Shown: piece after piece, positions 56,945-64,000 of the stretch
How positions within the stretch are numbered: position 1 is the stretch's first letter
Layout: the number at the start of each line of letters is the position of its first letter
Position numbers and translations under genes: made by a program
From: Azolla caroliniana
Lineage: Eukaryota; Plantae; Polypodiophyta
Assembly: GCA_043228905.1 (NCBI GenBank)
Contig: JBHGNT010000011.1
Coordinates: 744,001-808,000 of the forward strand
Length of the DNA stretch: 64,000 nt
Direction: 5' to 3'
The notes under the pieces: model-generated
Database searches by the model: none
Told to the model about the DNA's origin: nothing
The model's input: only the letters and a program-made list of their open reading frames with translations

Positions 56945-58790
56945 CATAAATTTTGAGAAAATGAGTATGTATTACATTTGTTTTTGAAAGATTCCCTTTG
57001 AAAGCGGGAGCGGATCGTGTACAGAAATAGCAGAGACATTGTCCAGCTGATAGAAAAGAAATCTCTTTCCAGTGGATAACTTTCATTTGATTTGCAGCCA
57101 CAAATGTGATAATTCGGATATAAAAAGCAATGAAACTGTTGTACATTTTATCCAAGTGCATTCTCTCTCACTAGCACTCTTGTGATTGTCTATATATGTC
57201 ATACCATTCCTCCTCGTCAGCTCTCTGTCTCTCTCTGTCTCTGTTGTGATTGTCTATATACCTTACCATTCTTGATCTTCAAACTTGAACAGTAGATTCA
57301 GTTCGCGGTAATGATGAAGTATGCTTCCATCCATATATGAATATGTTGACTAACTGAAATAATAATATTCTAGTCACAAAGAAGTGTATTATTTAAAGAT
57401 GACAATGTCAATTACTCACAGATGAAAATGCCAGGGAATATGAATTCTTTGATGAAAAAAACCTATTCCAATGGTGGGATCCTACTCTGTTGATGTTCTT
57501 GTAGAACCCGTCTTGATATAGTGTCATTAGCCTTGCTTAATCTCTAATCATATAGTTTTTAGGTGATTGCAATCGGTTTAGCTCAGTAGTATTCCAAAAT
57601 CAAGTAGATTTGATAACTTAGTTTCTTTCTTACTCAAATCACTCAGTGATCCAATAACTTAATTGATACAAGGCAAACCACATTTGTACATGCACGCTAT
57701 TCTAGTAGATTATTTCTTTAAAATATTTATTTCTCTATGCTCTGCTAAGAGCACTCTAAAGTATTTCCCCCTTGGGTTTGATGTCACCTATTGCTGAACA
57801 AGTGTTGCAATTTAGATAGCTGAAAATTGGTGTGTACATGTTACTACCTCTCCATACTTGCCATAGAAGGAATATTCAATGAATTGTTCATTTGGATTGT
57901 CAATGTTTGTATCTACTATCTATGGTAAAGAACATGAATGTCCATGAAATGCCCATGTCCATATATGTTCCCAATATAGTCTTAATTTCTTACAAGTTTA
58001 CCATAAGGGTAACATGTCTAGGGGTAGATCCTCATTGAGATATAAAAAAAAACACATTCAAATCTTCGTTTAATGCTAGAAGAAACTTCAAAAATGCATT
58101 GCAAGTACACATCTTTTATATCCTTTTGTTAGTGTACTTGCGTGAATTGAACATATTGTATCTATTCTCAGTATTGAGCTTTTCTTAACATCAATTGGTT
58201 TCTCTAGTAGGATTACACCCAATGAAATGAGAATTTTCAAGGAGATACAAGTTCTAGGAAACCCTCAAAAAACAACTATTAAAACTCTAGCAGTTGATAG
58301 TAATATGTGTATCTTATCACTTGGTTTGAGCCATTGACTTATCTTTTGGTGAAGCATTCATACATGTAGCTAGTTAATAAACAAGAAGTGTACAGGAAAA
58401 ATCATTATATCACCTAGTGTGATAGCAAGCATGAATCTTATGGCAAGGCAATGAAAGTTAGGGTAAGACTCTAAGAAGGTGGTGTTGGAGTAACTTACAT
58501 AAAGGTATTGAATAGCGCAGGTGCAAGGATTGCGAGAACTATTTTCCTTTATGGCTACATAACTATCATGGTTACTCTATCCGACAAGAGCCCATTTATC
58601 GTATTCCAAATGTACCTTAGACCCCAATACCTAAGGTTGTCAATGCGAAAACTGAAACACGGAACCGCAAGGGTGACAAAGATTTTCAGTGATGAACCCA
58701 TAAACCAAACCGATAAACCGACTCGCAAAGTTGTAAGTTGTAACATAACAACCCAAATGACTCTAGCACCTCCTCCTCGTCTCTGGATTC

Positions 58791-61748
58791 ATGAATGGTG
58801 CAGTCCCTCTGTCTCGTGAAGAACTAAGGAGAAGGCTTTCCCCACCACACAGATACCTCCAGGTAAGCCATGACAAGAAGCTTCGTAAGGATGAGAAGTT
58901 TAAGGAAGGCCTCAGATTTGTGGCTTCACTCAAGGATTGTATCAAGAAGAAAGATGTTTGGAAGGGCAGTATATTGCATGCTGATGCTGTGAAGAAAGGA
59001 TTGCTTCAGAAAAACCTCTATATTGCCACCACTTTGATCAGCATGTACTCCAGGTGTGGACAGCTTGAAAAAGCACAAAATGTTATGGAAGAGTTACCTC
59101 TCCGAAATGTGATCACTTGGAACGCTCTCATTGCAGGGTATACTCAACAAGGGAAACCTTATCAAGCCTTAAATTGCTTCAAGTTGATGGAGAACGAGGG
59201 CCTTGATCCGAATAGAGTCACCTTTATTTGCGTACTTACTGCATGTGGATGCATCGGAGCTGTAGATGAGGGTGAAAAGATACATTTTGTTGTTTTATCG
59301 AGGGGTTTGCTAGAAAAGGATATAGTACTTGGCACCACATTGGTTGATATGTATTCCAAATGTGGGTTGCATGAAGAGGCTTTTCGAGTGCTTGAGAAAC
59401 TCACCCTTCGGAACATAGTCTCTTGGAATGCATTTATTTCTGGGTATGTACAAGAAGAGTTTTTTCATGAAGCAATAGCTTGCTTTGAAAATATACAAGA
59501 TGATGGTGTCTCTCCGAATGAAGTCACCTTCATTTCCATCTTGAAGGCGTGTGGTGAGATAAGAGATGTTGACAAAGGCAAAGAAGTTCATCTTGACATT
59601 GAAAGGAAGGGATTTCTATGGAAGGATGTTGTACTTGGAACTGCTTTGGTAAATATGTATGCGAAATGTGGTCTGTTTGTTGAGGCAAGACGTATGCTTG
59701 AAGAACTTCCTTTCCGCAATGTGGTCGCTTGGTCTTCATTAATTGGGGGACATGTCCAACAAGAGCAATATCATGAAGCATTAAGATGTTTTGAAGAGAT
59801 GAAAAGTGAGCACATCTCTCCGAATGTGATCACTTTAACTTGTCTCCTCAAGGCATGTGGCAAAACAAAAGCTATAGTGAAAGGAGAGCAGATCCATGAT
59901 GAGATTGTGCATAAGGGATTGCTACATAAAGATCTCATGCTTGGGAATGCCTTGGTGGAAATGTATGCCCAAATTGATATGCTGGAGAAAGCAGAACAAG
60001 TGCTGGAGGAGCTTCCAGTTCGAAATGTTTCTTCTTGGTTTGTACTAATGTCAGGGTATAATCAACAAGGGAGAGATGATGAAGTGATTTTTTGCTTTGA
60101 ACGGATGTTAAGTGAGTGTATCTCTCCGAATGCAATTGTATTCATATGCATCCTAAGGGCTTGTGGCAGATTAGGAGCTATAGATAAGGGTGAACAAATT
60201 CATGAAGATATCGTGAATAAGGGCTTGCTCGAGAAGGATATGGTCCTTGGTACTGCATTGGTGGATATGTATGCCAAATGTGGTGCCCTTGAAAAATCGA
60301 AGAAAGTGCTTGAATCACTTCCAGTTCGTGATACAATTTCATGGAATGCATTGATTGCAGGATATATCCAAGACGGGCAAGACCATGAGGCATTGAACTG
60401 TTTCCGATGGATGCAAGACGAAAACCTCTCTCCTGATGAGGTCACATTCATTTGTGTTTTGCAGGTTTGTGGCAATACCAGAGCTTTTGCGATGGGTAAA
60501 AAAGTTCATGAAGAGATTTTGAATAGGGGATTCCTGGGAAAAGGTATTGCGCTTGACACTGCATTGGTTGATATGTATGCTAAATGTGGTGCACTGGAAA
60601 AAGCTCAAGAATTGCTTGACGAGACCCCTTTTCGAAACAATATCTCTTGGAATGCACTGATTTCAGGGTATGCACAAGAGGGTCTATATCACGAAGCGTT
60701 GAAGTGTTTTGAGCAAATGCAATGTGAGGGCGTGCCTCCTACTGCAGTCACTTTCATCAGCATTTTGAAGGCCTGTGGTGGTGGCAAAGGAGCGCTAGAC
60801 AAGGGCATACACATTCATGATGAGATAGTGAGTAGGGGTTTGTTTGAGAAGGATAACAACCTTGGTATTGCATTGGTTGACATGTATGCGAAATGTGGAG
60901 ACCTTGCAAGAGCTCATCAAGTTCTTAACAAGCTTCCTGATAGAAATATAGTCTCTTGGTCTGCATTAATTGCAGGGTATGTGCAACAAGGGCAAGGTCA
61001 TGAAGCATTGAAATGTTATGAACAGATGCTAAGTGAAGGATTATCTCCGAATATTGTTACTTTAATTTGTAACTTGAAGGCTTGTGGCAGCATAGGAGCT
61101 ACAGAGATGGGAAGAAACGTTCATGACCAGATTGTTTGTAGGGGTTTACTTGAGGAGGAAACATTGGGCAATGCTTTAATCAATATGTATGCCAAATGTG
61201 GTGAGCTCGCAAAAGCACAACAAGTGCTTCAAGAACTCTTGGTTCGAGATGTTGTCTCATGGAATGCATTGATTTCAGGGTTTGCTCAGCAAGGGCAAGG
61301 TCATGAAGCAATAAGTTGTCTTCAGATGATGCAAAGTGAGGGTTTATCTCCAGATGAGATCACATTCTTATGTGTTCTGAATGCATGCAGTCATTCAGGG
61401 TTATTCCAGGAAGCCCAGATGTTGTTTGGAAGTATGAGTGTAAATAACTGTATTACTCCTAACTTAGAGCACCACATATGCATGGTGGTGGTTTTTGGAT
61501 CCTTGGGATATTTTGACAAGGCAATGTCAGTAATTGAATCAATTCCATCTTCTGATTGTGTTTCTATTTGGCTTGCACTGTTAGATGCCTGTAGAAGATG
61601 GGGAAATGTAAGCCTTGGGAAATTGGTCTTTAATCAACTGGTACAACTAGATAATAGGTGTTCGCTATCTTATGTTCTTATGGCTTATCTCTTTGCAATG
61701 ACTGGCATGACAGAGGATGCATACAAAATCAATGCCATGACACTGTAA
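58791..61748 (+). CDS. PLS-class PPR protein with E domain and no DYW domain, 985 aa, intronless
   Basis: About eight P-L-S triplets (LVDMYAKCG / VSWNALI / TFICILKACG); terminal TFLCVLNACSHSG, HHICMVVVFGSLG, IWLALLDACRRWGN, SYVLMAYLFA, then stop. Confidence 0.95.
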   Translation: MNGAVPLSREELRRRLSPPHRYLQVSHDKKLRKDEKFKEGLRFVASLKDCIKKKDVWKGSILHADAVKKGLLQKNLYIATTLISMYSRCGQLEKAQNVMEELPLRNVITWNALIAGYTQQGKPYQALNCFKLMENEGLDPNRVTFICVLTACGCIGAVDEGEKIHFVVLSRGLLEKDIVLGTTLVDMYSKCGLHEEAFRVLEKLTLRNIVSWNAFISGYVQEEFFHEAIACFENIQDDGVSPNEVTFISILKACGEIRDVDKGKEVHLDIERKGFLWKDVVLGTALVNMYAKCGLFVEARRMLEELPFRNVVAWSSLIGGHVQQEQYHEALRCFEEMKSEHISPNVITLTCLLKACGKTKAIVKGEQIHDEIVHKGLLHKDLMLGNALVEMYAQIDMLEKAEQVLEELPVRNVSSWFVLMSGYNQQGRDDEVIFCFERMLSECISPNAIVFICILRACGRLGAIDKGEQIHEDIVNKGLLEKDMVLGTALVDMYAKCGALEKSKKVLESLPVRDTISWNALIAGYIQDGQDHEALNCFRWMQDENLSPDEVTFICVLQVCGNTRAFAMGKKVHEEILNRGFLGKGIALDTALVDMYAKCGALEKAQELLDETPFRNNISWNALISGYAQEGLYHEALKCFEQMQCEGVPPTAVTFISILKACGGGKGALDKGIHIHDEIVSRGLFEKDNNLGIALVDMYAKCGDLARAHQVLNKLPDRNIVSWSALIAGYVQQGQGHEALKCYEQMLSEGLSPNIVTLICNLKACGSIGATEMGRNVHDQIVCRGLLEEETLGNALINMYAKCGELAKAQQVLQELLVRDVVSWNALISGFAQQGQGHEAISCLQMMQSEGLSPDEITFLCVLNACSHSGLFQEAQMLFGSMSVNNCITPNLEHHICMVVVFGSLGYFDKAMSVIESIPSSDCVSIWLALLDACRRWGNVSLGKLVFNQLVQLDNRCSLSYVLMAYLFAMTGMTEDAYKINAMTL

Positions 61749-63411
61749 AAGCTACTCCTAGTCAAAGTATTTGTACATAATCAGTCAAAATGAGGACCAT
61801 GAGACTGTAAAACCTACTCCAAGTCAATTTTATCGGTTAGCAGTTGGAAAGCAGAACATTATGGAAAAACAATGGTTAAAAGTATACTCTGTATATATGA
61901 TTTTACATGGCCGTCAACACCCATTCACATGCAATGAGGCATATTCATTTGTGCCACGCCTGAGTGTGACAATATTGACCTTTGATGACATTTGCCCATT
62001 TCATCTTATAATATTTACTAAAACCTGTTGCCCCATTTGTGATGCTATGTGGATACACAAATGGAATGATGGAAGCATACCATGCATATATACAGTACAG
62101 GCATATTCGCTATCATGCATCATATCATCCAACAAATGCTTCTACATTTGGGATGAGTTAAGATATAAATCACGTCATTGTAGAGAATGCCATGAAAATG
62201 AATTAACAATTGAAACACCGGTGACAAATTTACACAATTTATAATTCAACTACAATCCTAATTGCCCAAATCGACACAATTATGAATAAACCAATACACC
62301 ATTCATTGTGAACGACCTGGATCATCATTGTAGTTCAGTAGACAGAATTCAAAATGAAAAGATTACAAATGTTTCCAGCACAATCAAACATCTCTAGAAC
62401 CAACATCACAGTTTGAACTTCCCATCCACAACTCTCAACTGAGAATAGTAAGCACAACAACAGAATCACAGCAAGGACAAAGATCAAGCAGCATAAAGGA
62501 GCAAAGCGAGGAAGAACAGCAGCCTTAAAGAATCACACAAACAATTCGAGCTTACCATCCACAAAGGTAGTGGAAAAGATAGTGGCCTAAGAAAATCATG
62601 CAAGATTTTCATGCTTGGCAACCCCAATAAGCAAAAAGAAGACAGAAATAAGAATATACTTTGACACCATAAGCATAACAATGTCCAAAATATTGAAGGA
62701 AGAAGATCAACAGAGATGAACATATCATCACAGAAGAACAATGGACTATACATTCCATTCAAGTGAGCCAAAAGCAAAATGGCAACACAGGATTTCCCTT
62801 GTGTTAATTTCTTAACCTCTTCTTCTTCCTTCAGTTTAGGGTTTACCTCCATCGAAGATGCCCTCTCTGTGGCTTACATTAGAAATGTTAACAAATCTTT
62901 CCTGCACGGAGCTTTGACAGTCTCTTAACTCCAATAAGATATTGAAAAGCAGTAGCCAAAAACAGCATCAAACTATACCAAGAACTCTTTTAAAAACATA
63001 CCAAACAACATTTACAGATTCTGGACAACAGTAAACCATCAGATTGGTGTAGAATTGTCATTATCATAGAGAAACTATACAAGCAAATCCGGTAGAAAAT
63101 TTGAGAGAACAATTATCACCATATTACAATCGTTAATACATGAAATCCAATAGAAAGAACAGACTCATACTCATGATGTTTCATTACTATGTATTTATAG
63201 TCAATTCGGAATATTGCTTTCAACACATGTAACAATTTGGGATGAGTAACCTGCACAAAATTTAAAATCCAAGAAAAATAACTGCATTGATTATCATTAA
63301 ATAGTTTGGTGCCGCCGACAAAAAAGATCACTAGTTCAGAGGTCAAGTACAAAACAGACCATAGGGTAGCTCTAGATTTTACACCAGAAAAAAAACACCA
63401 CTGAACTAGAC

Positions 63412-63659
63412 CTAATTTCTCCTTCCACCACCCTGGTAGCCTCCAGGGATTGGGGGTTTCCCATAACCTCCGCCTGCAGCTGGAGCCTCCTGCACAAAAT
63501 AAGAACATAAAAACATAGAGAAAAGAAGTTAACAAATATGTACAAGTGTTTAATTGTCAGGTATGCGACTCAAAAGAACAGATAGCTTACTGCTTTCACA
63601 ACTCCAGGTAAATTGCTCATGTTCAATGCTTGTAACAAATCCATAGTTTCCTTGTCAAC
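63412..63659 (-). CDS. RPS17: 40S ribosomal protein S17 (eS17), last two coding exons; the rest lies beyond the window
   Basis: Exons 63659-63591 and 63489-63412 splice in frame to VDKETMDLLQALNMSNLPGVVKA|EAPAAGGGYGKPPIPGGYQGGGRRN*, resembling the plant RPS17 C-terminus (VDKETxxML...RR). Only the C-terminus is visible. Confidence 0.75.
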
Positions 63660-64000
63660 CTAGGTAGAAGGAAGAAAACAAATTCAGCACAGGGAGTATA
63701 AAACAGTTTACAAACCACGTAACCAGTGTCAATGCGTCATTGAAGAAAACTTTGAAAATTCAGAAAACATTAGGGTCTAGAATCTTTGAAATCTTGGTCT
63801 TAAGAAACTGTGCATTGGATGGATTGCTAATACATTCAGGATAGGGCAAGAAATGTCAAATAAAGGCCATACAGGATAACGCATTGAACTATCTCAGTTG
63901 ATGGTCAAGTTAAATAGAACAGATACTTGATATTCTCATGCTCTTCAGTAAGACAGGTTAGACCAATTCTCCTAAACTGAACTACCACAGTGTTATCGAC

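Noticed and set aside
57310-57358. ATGATGA...CTGA box C/D-like pair downstream of eIF4G
   Set aside because: Too short (~48 nt), with no terminal stem or guide recognised.
61771-62244. 157-aa ORF after the second PPR as a possible split DYW domain
   Set aside because: No PG box, no HxE(x)nCxxC in correct spacing and no DYW end; probably 3' UTR.
63116-63535. 139-aa ORF on the minus strand
   Set aside because: Crosses intron/exon boundaries in a different frame from the RPS17-like exon.
63683-63745. Possible box C/D snoRNA in an RPS17 intron (minus strand ATGACGC...CTGA)
   Set aside because: Non-consensus C box, short length and no convincing rRNA complementarity; would need snoscan or Rfam.

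Overview
Eukaryotic land-plant nuclear DNA with spliceosomal GT-AG introns plus two GC-AG introns. It is most likely a fern or another seed-free plant; this is an inference from the fern-style PLS-PPR genes and an eIF4G that keeps a W2 domain. Eight protein-coding genes were reconstructed by hand: FtsHi1/ARC1-like inactive plastid FtsH (+), PLS-E PPR (-), STICHEL-like DnaX-family ATPase (-), GT31 beta-1,3-galactosyltransferase (-), a triple RanBP2-type zinc-finger protein (-), eIF4G (+), a second PLS-E PPR (+) and the 3' end of RPS17 (-). The window also holds a PPR pseudogene, an hAT-type MITE with an 8-bp TSD, LTR-like inserts, a degenerate foldback element, several tandem duplications and microsatellites. 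Most notable: (1) eIF4G has a C-terminal W2/HEAT3 domain hidden in six small exons, plus internal repeat arrays; (2) a dispersed intronic repeat has a covarying stem-loop and (TCTT)n tail, suggesting a retroposon 3' end; (3) two genes have candidate 3'-UTR introns (possible AS-NMD); (4) one duplication has a templated filler at its junction; (5) one PPR has elongated L motifs. No prokaryotic system, CRISPR array, tRNA or rRNA gene was found. All exon structures are manual inferences from splice signals, frame continuity and recalled family similarity.
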